DNA from: a virus
Lineage: Duplodnaviria; Caudoviricetes
DNA: 42,386 bases
Virus record (IMG/VR): IMGVR_UViG_3300037483_000715
Location: 1 to 42,386 of that record
Strand: one strand, 5' to 3'
Part shown: in pieces, positions 8,337 to 16,560 of the stretch
How positions within the stretch are numbered: position 1 is the first letter of the stretch
How the letters are laid out: each line of letters begins with the position of its first letter
Program-made: the position numbers and the translations under genes
Notes under the pieces: model-generated
Seen by the model: only the letters and a program-made list of their open reading frames with translations
Database searches by the model: none
What the model was told of the DNA's origin: nothing

Positions 8337-8599
8337 AGTGTATGTTGTACCTCCAAAGTATTGATTATTTTGATGTCGTAGATTTCTTTGTGTCGTTCGA
8401 GTAATTGTTGAACTGTTTCGTCGACTTCTTGTTTGTCTGCACATGGTGATCCTGATCCTTCATTGTGTCCTGAGAAGTCAACATAAAATCCATCAATTTT
8501 TGGGACTGGAATTCCTTCTTCTCTGTATCTTTTCAGATGTTCTTCTGAGTTGTCATCGAATTCCAATTTCCCAATTTCAATAAAACCTTTTTGTTTCAT
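8333..8599 (-). CDS. Hypothetical protein
   Basis: Overlapping start/stop with neighbours. Confidence 0.6.
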   Translation of the reverse strand: MKQKGFIEIGKLEFDDNSEEHLKRYREEGIPVPKIDGFYVDFSGHNEGSGSPCADKQEVDETVQQLLERHKEIYDIKIINTLEVQHTL

Positions 8600-8856
8600 C
8601 GTTTAATAAAATCTCCTCTTTTAAATGCCTCGATTAAGATTTCAGAGATGTTGTTCTCTGCATTTTCGAGTGTTGCTTCTTCGTTGTCATTTAACCAGAC
8701 TTCTTCTCCGTCCAGGTATTTATCTCGAAGTTTTTCCCACTTCTTTGTAAGTCTGAGTGCATTGTTCAAACTCCATGTCATTGAATCTTTCTCTGCACTT
8801 GTCAGCCATAGGCCGAGGAGAACTATCCCCTGTCCTGGATTAGTTCCCTTCGGCAT
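8596..8856 (-). CDS. Hypothetical protein
   Basis: Likely start MPKGTNPG after GGGAG. Confidence 0.55.
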   Translation of the reverse strand: MPKGTNPGQGIVLLGLWLTSAEKDSMTWSLNNALRLTKKWEKLRDKYLDGEEVWLNDNEEATLENAENNISEILIEAFKRGDFIKR

Positions 8857-9040
8857 TTGCTTTCTCCCATAATTTAATTTTTTCCACAATTGCATTGTGT
8901 ACTTTGTTCATTTCTTCCACGTCGGTGCTTAAAATCTTAAATTCAAAATTGTAGCCCTTCGTATTTTTTATGATCTTGATTGATGGATTCTGTTGAATCA
9001 TTCCCTCAAAATCGTTTGTTTCATTTTTGTTTTCTTCCAT
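8840..9040 (-). CDS. Hypothetical protein
   Basis: Start MEENKN directly after the repeated promoter/SD cassette. Confidence 0.65.
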   Translation of the reverse strand: MEENKNETNDFEGMIQQNPSIKIIKNTKGYNFEFKILSTDVEEMNKVHNAIVEKIKLWEKANAEGN

Positions 9041-9093
9041 GTTGTCCTCCTTGTAATTACTTACGTGTATTGCCTTTTTAAAACTTGCTATTG
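9040..9093 (-). promoter_or_regulatory. Repeated early promoter cassette, copy 1
   Basis: TAGCAAGTTTTAAAAAGG (TATA)...GTAATTAC AAGGAGG; 51/54 identical to 11973-12026. Confidence 0.8.
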
Positions 9094-9103
9094 CAGATTT
9101 TTT

Positions 9104-9128
9104 AAAATAAAAAAATAAAAAAATAAAA
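9104..9128 (-). terminator. Archaeal-type oligo-T terminator
   Basis: Several T4-T7 runs on the coding strand just after the stop; similar tracts near 5875, 10420, 12570, 15270, 36340 and 37450. Confidence 0.55.
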
Positions 9129-9131
9129 ATT

Positions 9132-9941
9132 TTAATCTTCTTCAAAGTTCATGAGTTTTGACTTTGGTGTCATTAAAACTCTTTGTGCGATCTGATGAAG
9201 TCCTACTCTCTGTTTTTCAGTTGCAGCTTTGTGTGTTGCGTAATCTGTGATTGCGTTGTACACCGTGTATCTTGTTAAACTTCTTTTCTCGAATAACTCT
9301 TGAAGTTTTTTTACAAACTTCTTTCTTCTAAAAATCCTTAAAAGGATATCTTCTGCTTCGTCATCCAATAAAGTGTCTTTCTCTGCTTCTTTAATCACAT
9401 TCTCCAACTTGATTGCATTGTCGTAGATGCTTCCGATGAATTCCATCATCTTCTTCTGCAAATCTGCAATCTTTGTGTGCTTGCTAAAAACAGTCCCAAC
9501 CACTACCTTTCCGAGGATCATTCCGTTTGTGCAAAAACTTCTGAATCCGAAGACTTCTCCTTTAAAGTATGGTCCACTTTTCGAGTTGTAGTTGTTGGAT
9601 AATCTCACACCCATCTGAATTTTGTTGTCACCGTCACCAATGTACAGATCTTTGAATAAAGCCTCGATGATCACTTCTCCACCATGATTCTTTAATGTTC
9701 CATTAACGTCTGTTCTCTTTTCATTGATTGCCTCTATGAAAGGACTCAGTGCTTCGTCATGTTGAATCAGGTTTGAGTTTCTTCTTTCTACGATTGTTTC
9801 GAGTTGATCTTGGCTTGTATTCCAAACTGCCACATGTGATTGAATGTCGTTAGACAAAACGTTCACTGGTCTTAGTTCCGCGTGATCCAGGTGTCCGATC
9901 ATTCCCTGTAGTTCTCCCAGACTTTCGAATTGTTGATTCAT
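9132..9941 (-). CDS. DUF932-family protein
   Basis: LSNNY...FRSFCTNGM...H...YNAITDYATH pattern. Confidence 0.75.
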   Translation of the reverse strand: MNQQFESLGELQGMIGHLDHAELRPVNVLSNDIQSHVAVWNTSQDQLETIVERRNSNLIQHDEALSPFIEAINEKRTDVNGTLKNHGGEVIIEALFKDLYIGDGDNKIQMGVRLSNNYNSKSGPYFKGEVFGFRSFCTNGMILGKVVVGTVFSKHTKIADLQKKMMEFIGSIYDNAIKLENVIKEAEKDTLLDDEAEDILLRIFRRKKFVKKLQELFEKRSLTRYTVYNAITDYATHKAATEKQRVGLHQIAQRVLMTPKSKLMNFEED

Positions 9942-10239
9942 TTTTAACCTCCTGTAATTTAATTTTTTCCACTGCTTCCTCTCGATCTGCGAGTGTCTGC
10001 AGTAGTTCTTTGATCGTATCGATCAAGAATATGTCCAGTGTATTTTCAATCTTGTTTTTTAGATTAACTGTCCTGTAAACTTTGTTTTGATTCATGAAAA
10101 TCTTAATTTGTTTTTTGTCAAGACTTATGATCAAAATTGGGTCCTCTTCTTTTCCGTTGATTAATAATTTTGGCATTTCGACTTTTTCAAGTACTGCCTC
10201 TTTTCTTACATCCTCTGTTGTTTTCATTTCTTCTTCCAT
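9850..10239 (-). CDS. Hypothetical protein
   Basis: ORF in an operon-like run. Confidence 0.55.
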   Translation of the reverse strand: MEEEMKTTEDVRKEAVLEKVEMPKLLINGKEEDPILIISLDKKQIKIFMNQNKVYRTVNLKNKIENTLDIFLIDTIKELLQTLADREEAVEKIKLQEVKNESTIRKSGRTTGNDRTPGSRGTKTSERFV

Positions 10240-10391
10240 TATAGTTTTGTTTGTTTTTTCTCAAATTCTGAAATCTCTTCTTGAATTTCTTCTTGTTCAC
10301 TTTCAAGAGTATCGATGTCGTTATTGAGACATTTAATTTCATAATCAATCTCTTTGATTCTTTCTCTTTTTTCTTGTATGTTTTTTTCCAT
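10239..10391 (-). CDS. Small coiled-coil protein (50 aa)
   Basis: Hand-translated MEKNIQEKRERIKEIDYEIK... Confidence 0.5.
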   Translation of the reverse strand: MEKNIQEKRERIKEIDYEIKCLNNDIDTLESEQEEIQEEISEFEKKQTKL

Positions 10392-10446
10392 GTTTTTTGT
10401 TTTTGTGTTTTAATTGAAATAAAAAAAATAAAAAATAAAATTTTAT

Positions 10447-11094
10447 TTATGGTTTTGCAAGTTCTGCATCATCTACTTCTTCTGATTCAGGGAGTTCTCC
10501 GTTCTCAGTTTCTTCTTCTGCAGCCTTTGCATTGTTTGTTGCCCATCTCAAAGCTCTTGCGATTGCTCGTGTTTCAGCCATTCTTATGTAATGGATTTTA
10601 ACCATGTCACCACAGTTTTCCTGCGTTGCATCCCCGTAAGCTTCGAATGTCTGTTTAAACATAACTTCTTCATCATCATCTGACACATGTGTAGTTTCAT
10701 TGTTTAAGCATGTTTGAACTGTTGCTTTGAAAATTGCTCTTTTCTTTTCCCAGTCGTTTTCGATCATTTCTGTCTTTATTGACATCCAGTCGAATTTGTC
10801 ATGGGCATCGTTTAGTAAATCTTCGAAGCTTGTCATATCATCTGTGAATGATCCTTTCTCACTTTGCTTTGCTTTTTCTTTTAAAACAAAGTTTACAGCA
10901 TTGAATCCATTCATCTCGAACTCGATTGTGTTTCCTTTCTGAATCACTGTGTCCATTAATCCTTGCAGTGCCTCAGGTTCTCCACTCGTATTGTACCATT
11001 TGTCTGCTTCTTCTGCAGTGATAAATCCGATTTTTCCATCAGCGAGTTTTCCTTTTGAAACAGCTTTGATTGTTCTGATTAATTTATCTGCCAT
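10447..11094 (-). CDS. Rad52/Sak-like single-strand annealing protein
   Basis: FKATV...FEAYGDA...RMAETRAIARALR motif, acidic C-terminal tail. Confidence 0.65.
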   Translation of the reverse strand: MADKLIRTIKAVSKGKLADGKIGFITAEEADKWYNTSGEPEALQGLMDTVIQKGNTIEFEMNGFNAVNFVLKEKAKQSEKGSFTDDMTSFEDLLNDAHDKFDWMSIKTEMIENDWEKKRAIFKATVQTCLNNETTHVSDDDEEVMFKQTFEAYGDATQENCGDMVKIHYIRMAETRAIARALRWATNNAKAAEEETENGELPESEEVDDAELAKP

Positions 11095-11201
11095 GTTTTA
11101 CCTCCTTGTAATTTAATTAAAGAGGGGCAAGGAGGACTCCACATTGTAGAATCCACGTTGTAGAATCCGCCCCTCCCCGCGGTACCCGACTAATGTCGAG
11201 A

Positions 11202-11351
11202 TTATGATTTGTGAACTTTGATTGTATCATCTTTAAATGCCTCCTTAATTGATTGTGTGATTAAAACTCTGATCAGATATGCGATTCCGATTGTGCAGAT
11301 GCACATAAGTATATAAAAAATCTGATCCGGGATGTTTCTTTTAATCTTCAT
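11202..11351 (-). CDS. Small membrane protein (49 aa)
   Basis: Hand-translated MKIKRNIPDQIFYILMCICTIGIAYLIRVLIT...; one TM segment. Confidence 0.5.
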   Translation of the reverse strand: MKIKRNIPDQIFYILMCICTIGIAYLIRVLITQSIKEAFKDDTIKVHKS

Positions 11352-11634
11352 CGATTCTTTTCTCCATTATTTCGAGTTTAGTTTTGAAATCTTTGATCAT
11401 GTTTCTTGCTTTGTCTTTTGCTCTTTCGGCATTTGTTTTTACTTGCTGATTCACATAAAGTAAGTTTATTCTGTGTTCGCATTCTTTGTGTAGATAAGTG
11501 AAAATATTGTATTTTGGATTGAGTTGTTTCGGCAGCAAATGGGCTCTTATTCTGTTTTGCGCGGTGATTGGTTTTCCACAGATCGGACAGACATTCATCT
11601 GCACAAAAATGTTTAAATTCAAATCAGTATCCAT
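11341..11634 (-). CDS. HNH-like Zn-binding protein
   Basis: CPICG...AHLLPK...LHKECEH. Confidence 0.55.
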   Translation of the reverse strand: MDTDLNLNIFVQMNVCPICGKPITAQNRIRAHLLPKQLNPKYNIFTYLHKECEHRINLLYVNQQVKTNAERAKDKARNMIKDFKTKLEIMEKRIDED

Positions 11635-11857
11635 CGTGTTTCTTCAAAATTCTTTCTGATCTTTTGATGATTTCCTCCTTCTTGTTTTTCATTAAGTAGT
11701 CCCAGTCGAGTGTGTTTTTCTGATTTGATTGATGAAGTCCTGTGTGGCAGTAATGACATAATCTTACACAGTTTCCTTTGATTTTTATGCAGTTATGATT
11801 GTAATTTTTGGCGTGTCGTTCTGTGGCTTCTCTCACTTGACAGATTTTGCATTTCAT
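11624..11857 (-). CDS. HNH-like endonuclease
   Basis: CKIC...ERH...NCVRLCHYCH..LH. Confidence 0.65.
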   Translation of the reverse strand: MKCKICQVREATERHAKNYNHNCIKIKGNCVRLCHYCHTGLHQSNQKNTLDWDYLMKNKKEEIIKRSERILKKHDGY

Positions 11858-11866
11858 TTTAAAAAA

Positions 11867-11968
11867 TTAAAAGAGGGGTGTTATTCCCCTCGATTTTAAT
11901 TCGTTGTATCGACTCATGTCGATGTATCTTCTTCCGAAGATTCTTTGTAGTAGTTTTTTTATTGACAT
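11867..11968 (-). CDS. Small basic peptide (33 aa)
   Basis: MSIKKLLQRIFGRRYIDMSRYNELKSRGITPLF, directly behind promoter cassette 2; ends in a GAGGGG/CCCCTC hairpin followed by T runs. Confidence 0.45.
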   Translation of the reverse strand: MSIKKLLQRIFGRRYIDMSRYNELKSRGITPLF

Positions 11969-11972
11969 TTTG

Positions 11973-12026
11973 TGTTGTCCTCCTTGTAATTACACACGAG
12001 TATTGCCTTTTTAAAACTTGCTATTG
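11973..12026 (-). promoter_or_regulatory. Repeated early promoter cassette, copy 2
   Basis: Near-identical to 9040-9093. Confidence 0.8.
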
Positions 12027-12037
12027 TTCCAAAAATC

Positions 12038-12331
12038 TCAAAAATTCCTGTACTCTTCTTTAGGTGCAGCACGTTCAATTTTTTCTCTTCTCTTCATCCG
12101 ACGAACATATCTTTCTTCTTTTTCTCGTTGATCTTTTAGAATTTGATTGTATGCAATTGATTGAGAATGAGTGAGTGGTTTATCTGCTACAAGTTTGCAG
12201 TTTGCTGATTGATTAAGTTCATAGCATTTTCTTGTGTGTCCGAGAAGTATTTTTGGATCTACTGTTTTGACTGACTTTGCTCGTCGAGTCAAATAATCTC
12301 TCTGAATTTCTTTGACATCTTTTTCTACCAT
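12038..12331 (-). CDS. Hypothetical protein
   Basis: ORF in an operon-like run. Confidence 0.6.
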   Translation of the reverse strand: MVEKDVKEIQRDYLTRRAKSVKTVDPKILLGHTRKCYELNQSANCKLVADKPLTHSQSIAYNQILKDQREKEERYVRRMKRREKIERAAPKEEYRNF

Positions 12332-12546
12332 TTATGTTGTTTTCTTTGAATAACTTCGAGGTCTTTCTTTAAAACATTGGTTGGTCCTTCTCCGAAATCA
12401 ACCACCACAAATTCTTTTTGTCCTCTGTCTGCAGCAACAATCTTTCCTTCTTTTCCCGATTGAGCTCTTACTCCAAAACCAAGTTTAAAGTTTTCGTCTT
12501 CCTCAGGTGCTTCATCAAAGATTCTTTTTTTCTTAGGTTTTTCCAT
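12325..12546 (-). CDS. Small SH3/KOW-like hypothetical protein
   Basis: GVRAQSGKEGKIVA...VVVDFG beta-barrel-like pattern; GGAGG SD. Confidence 0.55.
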   Translation of the reverse strand: MEKPKKKRIFDEAPEEDENFKLGFGVRAQSGKEGKIVAADRGQKEFVVVDFGEGPTNVLKKDLEVIQRKQHKW

Positions 12547-12586
12547 GTTTCCTCCAAAATCTGAAATAATAAAAAAATCAAAATAA

Positions 12587-13132
12587 TTAAACTTTGTGGT
12601 TTTCGTTAAATATCACTTCCAACTCTGTGAATCCTTCCAATTTCACATCTCCTTCGAATCCGATTGAGAGTTCATCTCTTGCCCATATTCCGATTTTATC
12701 TTCATTCAATCCATGATAATCTCCAAGACCACGTCCATTTCCAAGTGCAGTCAATAAAGGCAGAGGATTTTGTTTCCATCCATCTTCATCTACTCCTGGT
12801 TGTTTTGAAAAAAGCACGTACTGTTTCTTTGTGTGATTAATCAAAACAGCATTATTCTGCTCTTTCTCTTTCATCTTCTCTGATGGTTTGATTTTGTCTT
12901 TGTCTTTGACTTTATCGTAGTAGTCTTCTTCTCCTTCTTCGTCGAAGTAATCTCCACACCATACGATCTTTTCTTTGTTCCAAGGCCCACCTTTGACCAT
13001 TAATTGCATTACTGCTCCGAGAAAATCGTTTCCTATCCACGAATGTTCTGTGAGTTTCAATCCATTTCCGTAATCATTTGCATTTAACCATTGTCCGTTA
13101 TTCAGATTGATTGGCTTGTAGTATTGTCCCAT
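12587..13132 (-). CDS. Hypothetical phage protein
   Basis: GGAGG SD; MGQYY start; W/G-rich motifs. Confidence 0.7.
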   Translation of the reverse strand: MGQYYKPINLNNGQWLNANDYGNGLKLTEHSWIGNDFLGAVMQLMVKGGPWNKEKIVWCGDYFDEEGEEDYYDKVKDKDKIKPSEKMKEKEQNNAVLINHTKKQYVLFSKQPGVDEDGWKQNPLPLLTALGNGRGLGDYHGLNEDKIGIWARDELSIGFEGDVKLEGFTELEVIFNENHKV

Positions 13133-14063
13133 TTTTAACCTCCTGTTTGGATTTATTTTTTTCCTCTTTAAAAGAGCATGTATGCCAAGTTTCTTCTTCC
13201 TTGGTCCTGAATCTGCATCTTGGGTCTTTTTCGATTCTTTCGAGCAGTGATTTATTTTTCCATCGTTTGATTCTTTCTTTAAAAAAAGAAGGATGTTGAA
13301 TTGTCCCTGGTGTTGCGGCGATATGAAATGATGGTCTTTCTCCCTCGAATTTCATTGCGTCGACTCTGAATCCAATTAAGATCATTCTCACTCTGTGTTG
13401 AGGCACTCCATAATTTGCAGCATCGAGTAAATCCCACGTTATATTGTATCCGAGATTCGCGAAATCTTCACAGATCTGTTGAATTACTTCTCCTTTGCCC
13501 ATAGAGACGATCCCTTGCACATTTTCTCCCATTATGCTTGCTGGTTTAAGGTCATCTGTAATTCTTACAAATTGTTTGTATAATTTGTTTCTTGGGTCAT
13601 CCATCATTCTTCTGCCGGCAAGACTGAAACCTTGACATGGAAATCCTCCTGAAATAATTGAACATTCTCCGATTTTTAGATTTCCTTTTTCCATTATCTC
13701 TTGTGATGTGACTTCGCAGATATCTCTTTCCATGATCACTGGCTCTTCATCGTGGTACCATGTGATTTGTTTCTTCATTTCTTCTTTTGAATTCCAGCAA
13801 AGTTTTCCTTCATGATCTTTCCTCTCTTTCAGATATTTCCATAAAAAATTATGTCTTAATGTTTCGCATGCAGAATGTTCCCATTCGATCATAATTCTTG
13901 TTTGAATTCCTGCCTCTGCAAATCCGAGATCTAATCCTCCACATCCTGAAAATAAAGAAACATGTGTTTTTATTGGTCCTTTGCCGATTCTTTGTTGAAT
14001 GTCTTCGGAATCAAGATCGAGCTTTCCCAAGTATTTTTCTCCGAGATGAATTTGTTTATCCAT
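13098..14063 (-). CDS. C5-cytosine DNA methyltransferase (motifs I-VIII only)
   Basis: SLFSGCGG, GGFPCQGFS, ENV, YGVPQHRVR; no obvious C-terminal motifs IX/X. Confidence 0.88.
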   Translation of the reverse strand: MDKQIHLGEKYLGKLDLDSEDIQQRIGKGPIKTHVSLFSGCGGLDLGFAEAGIQTRIMIEWEHSACETLRHNFLWKYLKERKDHEGKLCWNSKEEMKKQITWYHDEEPVIMERDICEVTSQEIMEKGNLKIGECSIISGGFPCQGFSLAGRRMMDDPRNKLYKQFVRITDDLKPASIMGENVQGIVSMGKGEVIQQICEDFANLGYNITWDLLDAANYGVPQHRVRMILIGFRVDAMKFEGERPSFHIAATPGTIQHPSFFKERIKRWKNKSLLERIEKDPRCRFRTKEEETWHTCSFKEEKNKSKQEVKNGTILQANQSE

Positions 14064-14592
14064 TTATGAACTCCTGTAAATTTTTAAATTCGTGAACTTC
14101 TTCTTGATAAGTTATGTAAACTCCGAGATTTCCTTTTGGTTTCAAATAAGTTCCGTCTTTTCTTTCGATCTTATCTTTGTTAAATCTAAAAACTGCTTTT
14201 TGTTTGAATTCTTCTTTTGTCATCCATCCACAGATGAATCCTCGATTGATTATTTTATTGAAGCTACAGAATAAATAACCTGCATTTGGGTTGTTGTATT
14301 GACTCTCATTAACATTGTGCGCGTAATCTTCCAACACATCACTCACTGATCTCACGACTGTTTTGACATCCCACATTTGACCTCTCCATTTTACATCTCC
14401 TTCATCAGGTTTGTCTGTTTTTGGTCGTGGTTGATTTAATAAATCACAGATCACAGTTTCCATCAAAAGTCCTCCAAACATTCTATCGTATTCTTTTCCG
14501 AAGTCTTCACGTTCAAATCCTAAAACCCATCCTCTTACAATTTTATCTGCATATTTTATCTGTTCTTTTGTTGGAAAAATCTCAATAATCAT
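14056..14592 (-). CDS. PD-(D/E)XK nuclease, restriction endonuclease-like
   Basis: GLLMET...PDEGDV......WDVKT; directly upstream of the C5 MTase. Confidence 0.6.
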   Translation of the reverse strand: MIIEIFPTKEQIKYADKIVRGWVLGFEREDFGKEYDRMFGGLLMETVICDLLNQPRPKTDKPDEGDVKWRGQMWDVKTVVRSVSDVLEDYAHNVNESQYNNPNAGYLFCSFNKIINRGFICGWMTKEEFKQKAVFRFNKDKIERKDGTYLKPKGNLGVYITYQEEVHEFKNLQEFING

Positions 14593-15035
14593 ACTCCTGA
14601 CCTCCTGATTTGCTCTGTGGCTTCTGTGATTAATTCTATAGCTGGGACTCCTGTCATTCTTTGCCATGTTCTTGCGAGTCTTTCTGTGTTTTCAAATTCT
14701 TTGTTTAAAATATTTCTTTTCAGGATGTTGAGTGCCTGGTCTTTCTTTTGTGATTTTAATTTTTTCCATTCTTCAAATTGTTTTATTTGTTTTGTTAAAA
14801 TTCCGACTTGATTATCAATCTCTTCGATTTGTAATGCGAGTTTTTTTCTGTCTGCGAGAAGCATGTTAAGTTTGTTTGCAGGGTTGATTCCTGCATCCCA
14901 ATTCCTGACGAGAAATCCGATCATGTCGCTTTGAGATAATCCCTCGAACTCTGCGATCTCTTTTAATTGATTTGGAACTCCTGTTTCGAGAGAGTAGCTC
15001 TTCATCTCCCAATCCTTTGTTTTTGTTTTCGGCAT
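14589..15035 (-). CDS. Ribbon-helix-helix-like plus coiled-coil protein
   Basis: KSYSLETGVPNQLKEIAEFEGLSQSDMIGFLV is CopG-like; start MPKTK after promoter cassette 3. Confidence 0.6.
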   Translation of the reverse strand: MPKTKTKDWEMKSYSLETGVPNQLKEIAEFEGLSQSDMIGFLVRNWDAGINPANKLNMLLADRKKLALQIEEIDNQVGILTKQIKQFEEWKKLKSQKKDQALNILKRNILNKEFENTERLARTWQRMTGVPAIELITEATEQIRRSGV

Positions 15036-15082
15036 TTGTCCTCCTGAATTACACACGAGTATTCCCTTTTTAAAACTTGCTA
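15036..15082 (-). promoter_or_regulatory. Repeated early promoter cassette, copy 3
   Basis: TAGCAAGTTTTAAAAAGGGAATACTCGTGTGTAATTCAGGAGGACAA. Confidence 0.78.
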
Positions 15083-15098
15083 CAAGTATGTAATTACT

Positions 15099-15233
15099 CA
15101 CACCCCATCATTTCCATTGGACTTTTTTGATTTTTAGATTTCTTTTGTTAAATAATTAAATAATATATTAAATAATTAAATAACAATCAAACAAACACAA
15201 CACAGGAGTTTCCACAGGAAGTCATGGGGTGTG
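15099..15233. other. Putative replication origin: two inverted ORB-like boxes around an AT-rich unwinding element
   Basis: GTCCAATGGAAATGATGGGGT (minus, 15102-15122) and TTCCACAGGAAGTCATGGGGT (plus, 15210-15230); 87-bp spacer containing 36 bp of pure A/T. Confidence 0.7.
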
Positions 15234-15295
15234 TCCCCTTGATTCTTAAATAAAATAAAGAAAAATTAATTAAAAAAATAAAAAAATTTGACAAC

Positions 15296-15916
15296 TTAAT
15301 TAAGAGTTGGGAATTCCCACTCTACATCTTCATCGTCAAAGTCGCCCTCATCGAATAAGACATTTGCGCTCACAAGAAGTGTTTTCTTGTATGCAGTTGC
15401 TTCTCCGTCATTCAAAGTGTATCTCACTTTGATTTCGAATTCAACCACGGCACATTTATCTTCGTCCTCTTCAAGACCGAGCTTCACGATTGTTACATCG
15501 TAATCTTCGACATCAATGTCTTTGAGTTCGTCGAAATCTTCAACATTCCTTTCGAGAAATTTCTCGATCAGTTTGTAGTCGTTTTCTTCAAGCTCTTCAA
15601 CTGCGACGTCGTATGCTTCAGTTTCGAGTTCGTCGATTTCATCAGAATACAAATCTTCCCACAGATCATTGACCTTTTCATTGTCAACGGATTCTGCTTC
15701 TGGAATCTGTATTAACCCTGCGACTTCATTCGCGATTTCAGTCGTGTTCACCTTTTCAGGTGTGGGTATTTTACTGATTACTTGGGCGGTAACTTTGTCT
15801 GCCAATGCCTTCTCATCAACCTTGTTTCCTGCAGCTACGAATATTGAGATCAAACTCAATAAACAAACTAACACAACCAAAGTGATAAATAAACCATTGT
15901 TTTGTTTTTTATCCAT
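15296..15916 (-). CDS. Membrane-anchored acidic protein
   Basis: N-terminal TM (LFITLVVLVCLLSLISIFVAA), D/E-rich ectodomain, own TTTAAA promoter near 15960. Confidence 0.75.
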   Translation of the reverse strand: MDKKQNNGLFITLVVLVCLLSLISIFVAAGNKVDEKALADKVTAQVISKIPTPEKVNTTEIANEVAGLIQIPEAESVDNEKVNDLWEDLYSDEIDELETEAYDVAVEELEENDYKLIEKFLERNVEDFDELKDIDVEDYDVTIVKLGLEEDEDKCAVVEFEIKVRYTLNDGEATAYKKTLLVSANVLFDEGDFDDEDVEWEFPTLN

Positions 15917-16079
15917 TGTTACCTCCGTAATTTACTTGAAATTACAAGGAGATAATCCTTTTTAAAGATTGGTGTTTTATATAATTCTTGCTTTTTACAT
16001 ATGGGGTATTTTAAAACAGATATATGAATGATATATTTTTGTCGTCGTTACTCAAACAACAATTTTTATAAACTCTTTT

Positions 16080-16337
16080 TTAGTAATTACATTGAGGTAT
16101 TGGATCGGTTCTCGCTTCAAAATTTTCAGGGATTACCGATCCATCGGCTTTTTTCTGATCAAAATAAAAACGATAATAGTGTTTGCAATGTCTTCTTTCA
16201 CAGATGTCAGGATATTTTATGATCCCTTGATGCCATCCGTAATCACAAAATGGAACATACCTTCGATTGTCTTCATCTCTCAAAGGTCTGAATTTCAAAA
16301 CCTTCTTCTCAAGTTTTGATTTTCCGTTCCGGGACAT
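16080..16337 (-). CDS. Small Cys/His-containing protein
   Basis: FC...H...CERRHCKH. Confidence 0.55.
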   Translation of the reverse strand: MSRNGKSKLEKKVLKFRPLRDEDNRRYVPFCDYGWHQGIIKYPDICERRHCKHYYRFYFDQKKADGSVIPENFEARTDPIPQCNY

Positions 16338-16338
16338 T

Positions 16339-16548
16339 TTATTGTGATTCGTATTTTGTTAAAAGTTTTCTCAAAAAGTTCACACCGATACTGAATGCTG
16401 AAACAACGATTGGTGTGTACGATCCGAAGTCCACGTTTGCAATGTTGGCTGTTAAGTAAGTTAAACCAGCACCTGCTCCTGCAATTAATGCACCGATTCC
16501 AACTTTCTTCAATCCTGTCCAGTCAAGTTTTCCAATTGGTACTTCCAT
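16339..16548 (-). CDS. Holin-like small membrane protein
   Basis: 69 aa, two hydrophobic segments, basic C-terminus, near the end of the late operon. Confidence 0.55.
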   Translation of the reverse strand: MEVPIGKLDWTGLKKVGIGALIAGAGAGLTYLTANIANVDFGSYTPIVVSAFSIGVNFLRKLLTKYESQ

Positions 16549-16560
16549 GTTATCCTCCGT

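Noticed and set aside
11137-11168. CRISPR mini-array
   Set aside because: Two adjacent 14-bp units with no spacer; no cas genes
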